Positions 1 to 8,085 of a stretch of DNA of 64,000 nucleotides are shown here, piece by piece. The stretch comes from a virus. A model generated the notes under the pieces. It was not told where the DNA came from. It was given only the letters and a program-made list of their open reading frames with translations, and made no database searches. The DNA lies in the IMG/VR virus record IMGVR_UViG_3300029319_009305, positions 43,886 to 107,885 of that record, one strand, 5' to 3'. The translations under genes and the position numbers were made by a program. The stretch's first letter is position 1; each line of letters begins with the position of its first letter.

Positions 1-4
1 AGCT

Positions 5-211
5 ATGCCTGATCAATATTCGGAAGGTTTTTTGATTGTCTTCAGCGCCGGGATAGGTATACTTGTTAGTAAGTGGGGTTTGAAATACCTTTCTCCCACG
101 GGTTTGGTTGTGACATGGGCTACACATAAAAATACCCTTATTGACGTTTTTAAGAAAAAAGGGCCCGAAGCTACTATGAACTTATATGTAGAATTATTTA
201 AAAATTTATAA
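5..211 (+). CDS. hypothetical protein, probably the 3' end of a gene starting before the window
   Basis: ORF track; frame is open to the window edge. Confidence 0.4.
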   Translation: MPDQYSEGFLIVFSAGIGILVSKWGLKYLSPTGLVVTWATHKNTLIDVFKKKGPEATMNLYVELFKNL

Positions 212-239
212 TATTGATGGAATGTAGTGTTACAGATTT

Positions 240-247
240 ATAATTAT
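240..247 (+). promoter_or_regulatory. ATAATTAT motif, putative phage late promoter
   Basis: The same motif lies 12-21 nt upstream of starts at 265, 2140, 3092, 8086 and 50561. Confidence 0.45.
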
Positions 248-264
248 GCATAAGGAGAATATTA

Positions 265-1308
265 ATGAAGATTACAAGAAAACAATTGCGACGACTAGTT
301 GAGGCTGAAGATTTAGGCGCCGAGGTGACGTCTCATCATCAGGGTACTAGAACTGTCCTTAAAAATGTTTACAATATGTTATCTAGTGAAATTAAAGCTA
401 GTACTAAAGAGGTAAAAAGTAGTAATGAAGAGCTTAAAGCCTTGATTAATTCTTTATTATCTAAAGAAAAATCTAGAAAAGTTCGAAAAGGTAATGTCAG
501 TGAATCCATGGACAATAGAATGAAATTATCAAGCAGCCAATTAAGGCAATTAATTAGAGAGACAATCCACAAAACAATAGGAGACAAAATGAAACTCAAT
601 AGAAGACAAATCAGACGCCTGATTGAATCGACTTTAAACGAGGCGTTGCCATCAGGATTCAATGTAGGACAAGGACAAAGAAATATTGCTGCTGACTTAC
701 TCAGGCAGCTAGCTGATATATACGACAACATCGATGGTTATAGCAGTTTTGAAGAGGATTTCAACAAAGCACATGATGAAGCTAAACGCACCGGTGACGG
801 CTATGTCCGACTCACTCAGATTATTGGAATTAATTCGTATTTTTTGACAGTGTCTAGTGATTCCGAACTGAGTGATTTGCAGAGTCTAGACGTGGACAGC
901 ATTGCTGCGAATTCTCGTCGGCCTACAGGAAATCGAGATTATGATGAGCAAGTTCCTTTCTTTCGTGATCACGCAACTGACCCTGGGAAGTACACACTTG
1001 TCCGATTCATTGACGACTGTAATAGAGCAGATCTAATGACCCGATTCGGAATTCAACAAATCGATAACCCGGTTTTTGATATTAACACGGGAGATCTCGT
1101 GGATGGAGGCCACGGTGAGGCTGAGCTTCAAAAGAGCGGTAATGCTCTGAGCATAATATATCCTGGCGACGGCAGGGCCCGCGGGAAGGTGAACACTGTG
1201 AGGGCTTCTAATCCTGGACTGGGTGTTCAATCAATTAGTAGAGGTGAGAAGTTCAGAAAAATTGCCGCACAAAAATGTCGAGAGCTAGCTGACGCACTGG
1301 AGCGGTAA
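265..1308 (+). CDS. hypothetical phage protein with three copies of the MKxxRxQLRxLIxE leader
   Basis: SD AAGGAG; motif copies at 265, 520 and 589. Confidence 0.75.
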   Translation: MKITRKQLRRLVEAEDLGAEVTSHHQGTRTVLKNVYNMLSSEIKASTKEVKSSNEELKALINSLLSKEKSRKVRKGNVSESMDNRMKLSSSQLRQLIRETIHKTIGDKMKLNRRQIRRLIESTLNEALPSGFNVGQGQRNIAADLLRQLADIYDNIDGYSSFEEDFNKAHDEAKRTGDGYVRLTQIIGINSYFLTVSSDSELSDLQSLDVDSIAANSRRPTGNRDYDEQVPFFRDHATDPGKYTLVRFIDDCNRADLMTRFGIQQIDNPVFDINTGDLVDGGHGEAELQKSGNALSIIYPGDGRARGKVNTVRASNPGLGVQSISRGEKFRKIAAQKCRELADALER

Positions 1309-1313
1309 TTTTG

Positions 1314-1988
1314 ATGAAACTTAACAGAAGACAATTAAGAAGACTTATTCGGGAAGCACTCGATGTAAGAGATCCAGCTGCTATAAAAAGATATCAAGAA
1401 TTCAAGAAAAGCCGGCAGCCACCTGAGCTTGATGATGAATTTTATGACAGCTTTAAAGACGCTGAAGGGCGAATAGACCCTAAGCAATATGACGTTGCTG
1501 ACAAGCACTATGATGCTGCATTAAAGCGTATTGCTGATCGGGAAGCACAGGAAGAAGGTTATGAAGATGCTGATGACAAGTTCAATGATGAGTGGATGAA
1601 AGAAATAGAAGCTGAGAATGCTGCACGTGATGAAAGAAATCGCCGGGCCCGGGAATTTGCCGGCATTGATAACCCAAATTTTGATGTAGAATATTATAGT
1701 AAATTTAACTTACATAAGGGTTACGCTGAAAAAGCTCTGGCAAGTGGAAACGAGAAAGAATTTGAAAGTAACTATGGGAACATGGCTCTGTATGGAAACA
1801 TGATGTATGGTCCTGAATCTAATCGTTGGAAAGAAGAAGAGGGAGTTCCAGAGTTAACGCAAGCTTATGAAAAAGTTGTTGCGGGTAGTACGATAGATCA
1901 ACTTATTGATAGGGGTTTAGACGCAGACTTTTTTAATTATAAAAAATCGCCCACGCTTAAGGCACTTGGTTTATTTGATGATAAGTAG
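1314..1988 (+). CDS. acidic hypothetical phage protein with MKLNRRQLRRLIRE leader
   Basis: ORF track (TTG 1311, ATG 1314); leader motif. Confidence 0.75.
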   Translation: MKLNRRQLRRLIREALDVRDPAAIKRYQEFKKSRQPPELDDEFYDSFKDAEGRIDPKQYDVADKHYDAALKRIADREAQEEGYEDADDKFNDEWMKEIEAENAARDERNRRAREFAGIDNPNFDVEYYSKFNLHKGYAEKALASGNEKEFESNYGNMALYGNMMYGPESNRWKEEEGVPELTQAYEKVVAGSTIDQLIDRGLDADFFNYKKSPTLKALGLFDDK

Positions 1989-2000
1989 TTAGAGTTTGTT

Positions 2001-2068
2001 TTGGCGGAGGAGGACCGTTAGGTCCTACTCAGCAATCGTAGAGTAAAAGTCGCGCCGGCGAGGCCGTG
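2001..2068. ncRNA. candidate structured RNA element of unknown family
   Basis: GC-rich island in an AT-rich intergenic region; helices 2011-2016/2021-2026, 2027-2030/2041-2044, 2001-2006/2053-2058. Confidence 0.35.
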
Positions 2069-2139
2069 ATATATTTAAATTTTCTCTCCTTTAATTTTTG
2101 GATTTTACTTTTTAATCGGATAATTATGGGGAGGTTCTT

Positions 2140-2499
2140 ATGCTTGAATTTTTCAATATTAAGATGATATACGCAATTTGTTTTTTCGTGGCAGGTCATT
2201 GTTTAGGTTGGTACGCTCATAATTTACAATTTGTTAATGAATTTTGGAAAGACAAGGTTGTTCTTCCCACTATTATTTTTGGTATACCTTGTTTGCTCGC
2301 TTTTTGGTGGGGAACTAAGTTTGCAATGGAGGCCTCTGGTGAGCTCTGGACAGCTCGTTTTGTTGCAGCCGTGTTTTCATACCTAACGTTTCCAATAATG
2401 ACCTGGTGGTACCTTGGTGAATCCATGTTTACACTTAAGACAATATCTTGTGTGTTTCTTGCATTTTGTATTTTATTGATTCAAATATTTGTTAAATAG
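2140..2499 (+). CDS. small 4-TM membrane protein, DMT/SMR-like size and topology
   Basis: Four hydrophobic segments in 119 aa; SD GGGGAGG. Confidence 0.6.
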   Translation: MLEFFNIKMIYAICFFVAGHCLGWYAHNLQFVNEFWKDKVVLPTIIFGIPCLLAFWWGTKFAMEASGELWTARFVAAVFSYLTFPIMTWWYLGESMFTLKTISCVFLAFCILLIQIFVK

Positions 2500-2510
2500 T
2501 TTCAAAATTC

Positions 2511-2540
2511 TTGTAAACATTTATTTAAACGCTGTATTAT
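2511..2540 (+). promoter_or_regulatory. sigma70-like promoter TTGTAA-N18-TATTAT
   Basis: Upstream of the SD and ATG at 2573. Confidence 0.4.
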
Positions 2541-2572
2541 TTTGCAACCTAATAAAAATAGAGGAGGTAAAT

Positions 2573-2740
2573 ATGCGTTATGCATTGTTAGTTATGCTTC
2601 TTGCATGTAGTGATGAAGTAGAAGATACTGCTGCAGTAGAAGAAGAACAAGAAGCTCAGGTAGAAGATACTTCTGTAGAGGAAGAAGTCGAAGGTGAAGA
2701 AGAAGAATCAGCTGAGGGTGAATCTGAAGGAGAAGAATAA
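2573..2740 (+). CDS. small acidic putative lipoprotein
   Basis: SD GAGGAGG; MRYALLVMLLAC lipobox followed by a Glu-rich tail. Confidence 0.65.
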   Translation: MRYALLVMLLACSDEVEDTAAVEEEQEAQVEDTSVEEEVEGEEEESAEGESEGEE

Positions 2741-2741
2741 G

Positions 2742-2984
2742 ATGTTTTTATTTTTAATGATTCTTGCGTGTGAAAGTGAGACAACAACTGTTGAGACAAC
2801 AGAGACGAGTACTGATAATGTTCAGACGACTACTGAAGTTGACGTTGCTACAAAAAAGGTATCAGCAGAAACTAGTCAAGTTGTTGAATCTCAAAATACC
2901 CCACAAGACAATACGGTAATAACGGTTACTACAACTGAAATTCCCATGGATGAGTATACTGAAGAAGAAAAATCTAGTGATTAA
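2742..2984 (+). CDS. small Thr/Glu-rich putative lipoprotein
   Basis: SD AGGAG; MFLFLMILAC lipobox. Confidence 0.6.
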   Translation: MFLFLMILACESETTTVETTETSTDNVQTTTEVDVATKKVSAETSQVVESQNTPQDNTVITVTTTEIPMDEYTEEEKSSD

Positions 2985-3013
2985 CTTACTTTAAACTACA
3001 CATTCAAAAATTT

Positions 3014-3044
3014 AACGCCGGCTAATGCCGGCGTTTTTATTTTA
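3014..3044 (+). terminator. Rho-independent terminator
   Basis: AACGCCGGC-TAAT-GCCGGCGTT followed by a T-rich tract. Confidence 0.8.
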
Positions 3045-3091
3045 AAAAATTAAAATTACTTGATAATTATAAGATAAAGGTGGAGATAAAC

Positions 3092-3487
3092 ATGAAGCTC
3101 ACAAAAAGACAACTTAAAACTTTGATAGAAGGTATGTTTGATGACATGTCACTTCAAACAACTGGTCATGGTGAAGAACCTGGTTACGGTGACCCAAATC
3201 TTAGTCCGCACTTAGGTTTGTCTCCTGATTTAGAAGAACCTGGCGTGCATCCCTCAAGACAAATTGGTACCGGTCAAATGGATGAAGAGGGTATGAAATA
3301 TTGGGGAAATTACATACTCAAAGAGCTTAATATGGGACCTTTGGATTTGGACAAATTACTTAATAAAGTTGCAGGTGATGATTCAGACGAAAGCATGCGT
3401 GACTCAATTTTGTCTGATCTGATGATTGTGATATCTAAATCAGATCAAATAGAGTTAGGTGAAGATCTTAACATAATAGCAAAGTAG
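3092..3487 (+). CDS. acidic hypothetical phage protein with MKLTKRQLKTLIE leader
   Basis: SD GGAG; ATAATTAT at 3063-3070; leader motif. Confidence 0.75.
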   Translation: MKLTKRQLKTLIEGMFDDMSLQTTGHGEEPGYGDPNLSPHLGLSPDLEEPGVHPSRQIGTGQMDEEGMKYWGNYILKELNMGPLDLDKLLNKVAGDDSDESMRDSILSDLMIVISKSDQIELGEDLNIIAK

Positions 3488-3499
3488 TAATAATTTAAT

Positions 3500-3524
3500 A
3501 AAAAAGCCTGCGATTGCAGGCTTT
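3500..3524 (-). terminator. Rho-independent terminator between convergent genes, possibly bidirectional
   Basis: AAAGCCTGC-GATT-GCAGGCTTT with an upstream A-run. Confidence 0.75.
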
Positions 3525-3551
3525 CATCATTTCAATATAGTAATTTATTTA

Positions 3552-3761
3552 CTATTGATTATCTAGATGTTGATTAAGAAAACCTTGTAGGGCACGGGCT
3601 TCTTTAACAGTCATCGTAATTTGAGAACTAGATGTTGAATATTTTGATTCAGGAATTCTAGTTCCAATTGTAAATGTATTTGCACCTGCTTTGTGAGATC
3701 TAGTGTCTCTTCGAATTCCAAAATTAAATCTTTTCGTGTTTTTAGATTTAGAATAGCTCAT
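3552..3761 (-). CDS. small basic hypothetical protein
   Basis: SD AAGGAG; has its own promoter and terminator. Confidence 0.7.
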   Translation of the reverse strand: MSYSKSKNTKRFNFGIRRDTRSHKAGANTFTIGTRIPESKYSTSSSQITMTVKEARALQGFLNQHLDNQ

Positions 3762-3847
3762 ATGTTTTTACTCCTTTACTTTACTAAAACATAAACATTG
3801 GTTTTGTTACAAAAAATTTATTAATTTTTAATTGAACCAATATTAAT

Positions 3848-3876
3848 ATTATAGCTAATTTTTATTACATTTACAA
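3848..3876 (-). promoter_or_regulatory. sigma70-like promoter TTGTAA-N17-TATAAT
   Basis: Near-consensus on the minus strand, upstream of 3761. Confidence 0.65.
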
Positions 3877-3888
3877 AATTAAATTAAA

Positions 3889-4326
3889 TTAATAGCTGCT
3901 TGTTTTCATTAGTTTGTCAATTATGGGTAGTCTAACGCCCCAATTGGTGTTTTGATTTATTCCCATGTGATGTTCGTGATGCCATGGTAACATTTTTTTA
4001 CCGAATTCAGTTTTTACGTGTGATATCCTGTGCAAGGCATAGTAAGCGCAAACTGACCATACTATCATCGAATAGAAGTAGGGCACAAAAAACAAGAGAG
4101 GAAGGTGAACTATTGCAATGACAAATAAAGCAACAATTTCAAATTTACTACTAATTAATTTAGTGTAGTTTTTATCATACATATTATTTTTTCTAGAAAT
4201 ATTATGATGTCTTTTGAAATGATTTCTGAATATTTTTTTAAATTTCTTTCTATTGTGCAGGATGTAACGATGTGCGATATATTCAAAAATATGACCATAT
4301 AGCCAACCAAAAATGAGCTGCAACAT
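3889..4326 (-). CDS. fatty acid hydroxylase / sterol desaturase superfamily membrane di-metal enzyme
   Basis: His boxes HRYILH, HFKRHH, HRISH, HHEHH separated by TM helices; start uncertain (4326, 4335 or 4401). Confidence 0.75.
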   Translation of the reverse strand: MLQLIFGWLYGHIFEYIAHRYILHNRKKFKKIFRNHFKRHHNISRKNNMYDKNYTKLISSKFEIVALFVIAIVHLPLLFFVPYFYSMIVWSVCAYYALHRISHVKTEFGKKMLPWHHEHHMGINQNTNWGVRLPIIDKLMKTSSY

Positions 4327-4395
4327 TATAAACACTAAACTAACTAGACCTCCTATATATACTATATACAGTCTGAGTGCCATAATACATAAAAT

Positions 4396-4641
4396 ATGCA
4401 AAAAAATATAAAAATTGGTGATTTAGTTGAATTTATAGAATACTATGTTGCGTCAGGAATTCAAGGAATGAATCTTACAAAAACCACACCTAAGTACAAT
4501 TGTCTTGGTATAGTTTTAAAAACAAAAAATACATCAGTTTCAAGTTCTAAACCTAAGATTAAAACTTTTTGTGTAATGATGCCTGGACGTCATATTGAGT
4601 GGGTTGGTGAGGCAATGATATCAACTATAGCTTCTTTATGA
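4396..4641 (+). CDS. small hypothetical phage protein (IKIGDLV start, SH3/KOW-like)
   Basis: ORF track. Confidence 0.55.
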   Translation: MQKNIKIGDLVEFIEYYVASGIQGMNLTKTTPKYNCLGIVLKTKNTSVSSSKPKIKTFCVMMPGRHIEWVGEAMISTIASL

Positions 4642-4692
4642 TTTTTTGATTTAAATTAATTCTTTATTATACGTATTAATAGGGGGTTAATC

Positions 4693-4947
4693 ATGAATTT
4701 ACTTTTAGCATTAAGTATTTTTGTATTTGTGGTTGTTGTTTTTTCAACAATTGTTTTATTGAAAAGTTGGATGAATTTTGTAGATAAACAAAATAAAAGA
4801 AAATTTAAATCAAAAAAGCGTGAAGAATTTGAGATAATAAACTACGTCAGCGATTTTTCAAGGAAAAAAAATCTAAAAGAAACAATTATTGATGTTGAGT
4901 GTGAAATCATTAATGAAAATACTGATATTGTTAGATATTTACAATAA
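4693..4947 (+). CDS. membrane-anchored hypothetical protein
   Basis: N-terminal TM helix; SD GGGGG. Confidence 0.6.
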   Translation: MNLLLALSIFVFVVVVFSTIVLLKSWMNFVDKQNKRKFKSKKREEFEIINYVSDFSRKKNLKETIIDVECEIINENTDIVRYLQ

Positions 4948-4962
4948 AACGGAAATATTTTT

Positions 4963-5715
4963 ATGAGCACTGATGACTTAGAAAGACTTCTAATTAGAAA
5001 TGAAATTAGACAGTTTTTAATAGATATTGAATTCTTAAAAGAAGATATCAGGAGCAATCCAGAATTATATTTGTCTGAAAATGTAAGTTTTTTTGATGCT
5101 TTGGGAGCGATTGGGGGAAATTTTGCAGGTGATATATCTGCAGGTGCTTTTAGTGCGTTAACTGAAACGATTATAGACTTGATATTTGAAGTATTAGGAA
5201 TTACTAGTGACTCACTGCTTGAAGCTTTCTTTATTGAATTATTTAAAGAATTTATAGAGAACGTCTTAATCGCCAAGCCAGGTAATATTGCTTTATATAT
5301 GGATGATAAAAAAGGTTGCTCTACCCTTGCTGATGACATTACAATGGTAATGGGAAAATCAGGAGGAGACATAATGGTAAAAGTTGTAGTTAACTATATT
5401 AAATCAGAAGAATTTGAAAGAAGGACCAAAGAAAACGAAGGTGGTGAAGGTTCAATAGTTGGAGAATTAATGGGCCAATTATCAACAACAGTATTGAAGG
5501 CGTTATCTGACAATATGATTGTTGGAGCAATTGGAAAAATAGTCAAAGAAGCTTTCGAAAAAGATATGGTTGAGCAGCTTCAACCGTTTGTTAGAAGAGC
5601 TGTGTGCCAGTTAAACTTAACTGAAGAAATTCCTAAGATGTTTGGATTTGGTGCGAGTCCAGACTCAGATTCTCCAAAACTACCTCAGCCTGCCATGACA
5701 AACGAAGAGGATTGA
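4963..5715 (+). CDS. helical hypothetical phage protein
   Basis: 250-aa ORF; degenerate leader-like LLIRNEIRQFL. Confidence 0.7.
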   Translation: MSTDDLERLLIRNEIRQFLIDIEFLKEDIRSNPELYLSENVSFFDALGAIGGNFAGDISAGAFSALTETIIDLIFEVLGITSDSLLEAFFIELFKEFIENVLIAKPGNIALYMDDKKGCSTLADDITMVMGKSGGDIMVKVVVNYIKSEEFERRTKENEGGEGSIVGELMGQLSTTVLKALSDNMIVGAIGKIVKEAFEKDMVEQLQPFVRRAVCQLNLTEEIPKMFGFGASPDSDSPKLPQPAMTNEED

Positions 5716-5718
5716 TTG

Positions 5719-6552
5719 ATGTACATTGTTGAAGAAAAAAAGCTTAGAAGTATTATAAGAAAATTATTGGAAAAAAGGCAAAGGACCTTAACTGGATTAA
5801 TGAAGTCTGATGCTGATGCAACTAAATTAGCACCGATTCAATTTGATTTTGATTCAATATCTAACAGTAGTGTTGTTACGATAGCAAAAAGTGAATCAGA
5901 CTTTTGGGAAAATGGTGAACTAAAAGAGACAGACGAAAAAGCTTATGATCGATTGAATTCTTATTGGTCAGAAGGGGCTGGGTGGTCTGAATCACAGTGG
6001 GAACCAGGAAAGACACCGTGGAGTGCAGCATTTATTTCTTATTGTATGAAAAAGTCAGGTGAAAGTTTTTATGATGCTGCGGCACATTATGTTTATGCAA
6101 AAAAAGCTTTGGATAATCGTAAAAAATTAGATGAAGATCCTAATAGCCTTTCGGGGACTGAAGACTATGTTTTATTTCTAAAGGGCGAGGTAGAGCCGGT
6201 TCCGGGCGATGTTTTATTTTATGTGAGAAGCGGTAACATCAAATCTTGGATCGCTGGTGGCGGTGGTGAGATTGCTTCACATTGTGACATATTTATAGGT
6301 GGCGGTTTAGCTATTGGTGGTAACTTAGGTAATTCTTGCAAAGAGACTAAGGCGTTTGGAAAGCATGAGGCAATCATCAAAAAAGTTAAAGTTGGAAAAG
6401 CTACTGAAGGTGAAGAAGGAGATGATAGCATTACAGGATTAGGAACAGCTGGCGATATCGCTCTTGCCACACCTTTGGCCGGAGGTGTCGTTGCTTATAA
6501 AGCCGCCGAAGCTGGCAAAGAATTCTTCACGCCTGATAAAAAGAAGGATTAG
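5719..6552 (+). CDS. DUF2272 / CHAP-like (NlpC/P60-fold) domain protein, possible cell-wall hydrolase
   Basis: PWSAAFISY, PGD, SHCDI and GGN motifs. Confidence 0.65.
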   Translation: MYIVEEKKLRSIIRKLLEKRQRTLTGLMKSDADATKLAPIQFDFDSISNSSVVTIAKSESDFWENGELKETDEKAYDRLNSYWSEGAGWSESQWEPGKTPWSAAFISYCMKKSGESFYDAAAHYVYAKKALDNRKKLDEDPNSLSGTEDYVLFLKGEVEPVPGDVLFYVRSGNIKSWIAGGGGEIASHCDIFIGGGLAIGGNLGNSCKETKAFGKHEAIIKKVKVGKATEGEEGDDSITGLGTAGDIALATPLAGGVVAYKAAEAGKEFFTPDKKKD

Positions 6553-6567
6553 TTGATCTTAGAATTA

Positions 6568-6990
6568 CTACAGAATTCTAATTTTTCTTAACCTTGTTTC
6601 ATAGATAGCGCTTCTGTCATCTTTGCTTTTAGCAAATCTTTTAATCAATTCTCCTGCTCGGGCATTTGCTTGATCTTCGTGAAATCCACCTGCGTCTTGG
6701 ATGTGACCTTTTAACAGTCCTTGCTCATCCTGCATCATGTGGGTCATTTCATGTGCTATACTTCTGAGTATATCTACTAGTGCTCTATTTTTACCGTATA
6801 CTTTACATATGTTGTTACCCACATGATATGCTGCTGTTGTTTTTATGTCATGATCTGATCTATTTGATATGATATAGATTTCAAAATCACCGATTATGGG
6901 TAATTCTTCTGCGCAGAATAAGCAGAAGTCGCCTATTAGATTAATTTTAAAATTATCTAAATTTAAATTTTTATCAACTAGTAGTTTCAT
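6568..6990 (-). CDS. zincin-like metallopeptidase
   Basis: IAHEMTH (HExxH) with downstream EDQA. Confidence 0.65.
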   Translation of the reverse strand: MKLLVDKNLNLDNFKINLIGDFCLFCAEELPIIGDFEIYIISNRSDHDIKTTAAYHVGNNICKVYGKNRALVDILRSIAHEMTHMMQDEQGLLKGHIQDAGGFHEDQANARAGELIKRFAKSKDDRSAIYETRLRKIRIL

Positions 6991-6999
6991 TTAAAGCCT

Positions 7000-7833
7000 T
7001 CAAAGTTTTAATTTTACAAAAGATTTTAGATATTTCAGTCTAGGTCCAAAACTTATATTATTAAAGTCGATTGATGCTTTTGTAATGATACTAATTATCT
7101 CTCCTTTTTCGTTTATTACCGCACTTCCTGAACTGCCAAATGTTGCAGGTATTGTGTAAAAACATTCATATATGTCGCAACCAGAAAATCTACCTTCAAA
7201 ATGATTCCTTACTGACTTAGAATAGTGCCATTCAGGTGAAGAGATTGCATAAACTTTTTCACCGATCAGAGGATTTCTTTTAGCAAACTTAACATTTTTT
7301 GCTTCCCCCGCATGTTCAGAATTAAATGTTATTATACATATGTCATTTTCCATGTCCATGTATATATCTTGAATATCATGTTGATATCCCATAAAAGATG
7401 CAATATTTCTAGTCATAGGTTCATAGTCTAAGTTATGTCTGAATGTTTCTGAGACATTATCTTTATTTAAGTCATGACACCAGTGTCCTGCTGTTAATGC
7501 ATATAGTTTATAGTTTTTCTTATCAACTTTAAAAATGTAACCAGAAGCTGAGGTTAGGGGTGCTATCAAAGTTTCACAGTCCTTGTAGTCTTCTTCTTTC
7601 TGACATATTCTTTCTGTATCATTTGAACCTGCTACAATTCTTGTTAAGTATATAAAATTTTCATTTAAAGCCGGCGTATTACTTGATTGTTTTAGAGTCT
7701 TCTGATAGTTGTTAAATTTTATTTTTTCTTCTAAAATATTTTTATTGTAACTACAGCAACCTAAACTCGTAGTAAAAATTGTAATTAGTGCCGTTAATGC
7801 TATTGTAAAGTATAATAATTTATTTTTATTCAT
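7000..7833 (-). CDS. trypsin-like serine protease with signal or lipoprotein leader
   Basis: LTAGH, NDI and GSSGS catalytic triad motifs; hydrophobic N-terminus ending LGCC. Confidence 0.8.
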   Translation of the reverse strand: MNKNKLLYFTIALTALITIFTTSLGCCSYNKNILEEKIKFNNYQKTLKQSSNTPALNENFIYLTRIVAGSNDTERICQKEEDYKDCETLIAPLTSASGYIFKVDKKNYKLYALTAGHWCHDLNKDNVSETFRHNLDYEPMTRNIASFMGYQHDIQDIYMDMENDICIITFNSEHAGEAKNVKFAKRNPLIGEKVYAISSPEWHYSKSVRNHFEGRFSGCDIYECFYTIPATFGSSGSAVINEKGEIISIITKASIDFNNISFGPRLKYLKSFVKLKL

Positions 7834-7953
7834 GCACACCCCCTTAAAATAGATATGCATTAAAAAATATAATTTGTCAATGTATTAATTTAAATGTTAC
7901 ATAATCACTCCTGAATTTGAAATAGAATTTGAATATTTAGATATAGTAATAAG

Positions 7954-7982
7954 ATACTAATGAGTCATATTTTTTTTTACAA
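7954..7982 (-). promoter_or_regulatory. sigma70-like promoter TTGTAA-N17-TAGTAT
   Basis: Upstream of the protease; part of inverted repeat TTTACAA-TTT-TTGTAAA at 7976-7992. Confidence 0.35.
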
Positions 7983-8085
7983 TTTTTGTAAATTATTAGT
8001 GTTTTGTTGAATTATTACTCATATAATATTACTTTATTTAACTTAATAGAATATAGAGTATAATTATAGATATAGAGAGCAACGC

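Noticed and set aside
369-731. Antisense and alternative-frame ORFs in the track (e.g. 369-731, 4842-5372, 13793-14116, 49726-50022, 60288-60581, 62651-62953)
   Set aside because: They shadow longer motif-bearing genes and lack SD sites or recognisable domains
2001-2068. tRNA, hammerhead/HDV ribozyme or known riboswitch
   Set aside because: No T-arm or CCA, no CUGAnGA/GAAA core, and no convincing match to remembered consensus sequences; kept only as an unknown structured element
7861-8085. Replication origin, or a minus-strand SD-ATG-TAA minigene near 7897-7912
   Set aside because: The region is AT-rich with only short repeats (GAATTTGAA x2 and one 7-bp inverted repeat); divergent promoters and chance explain it
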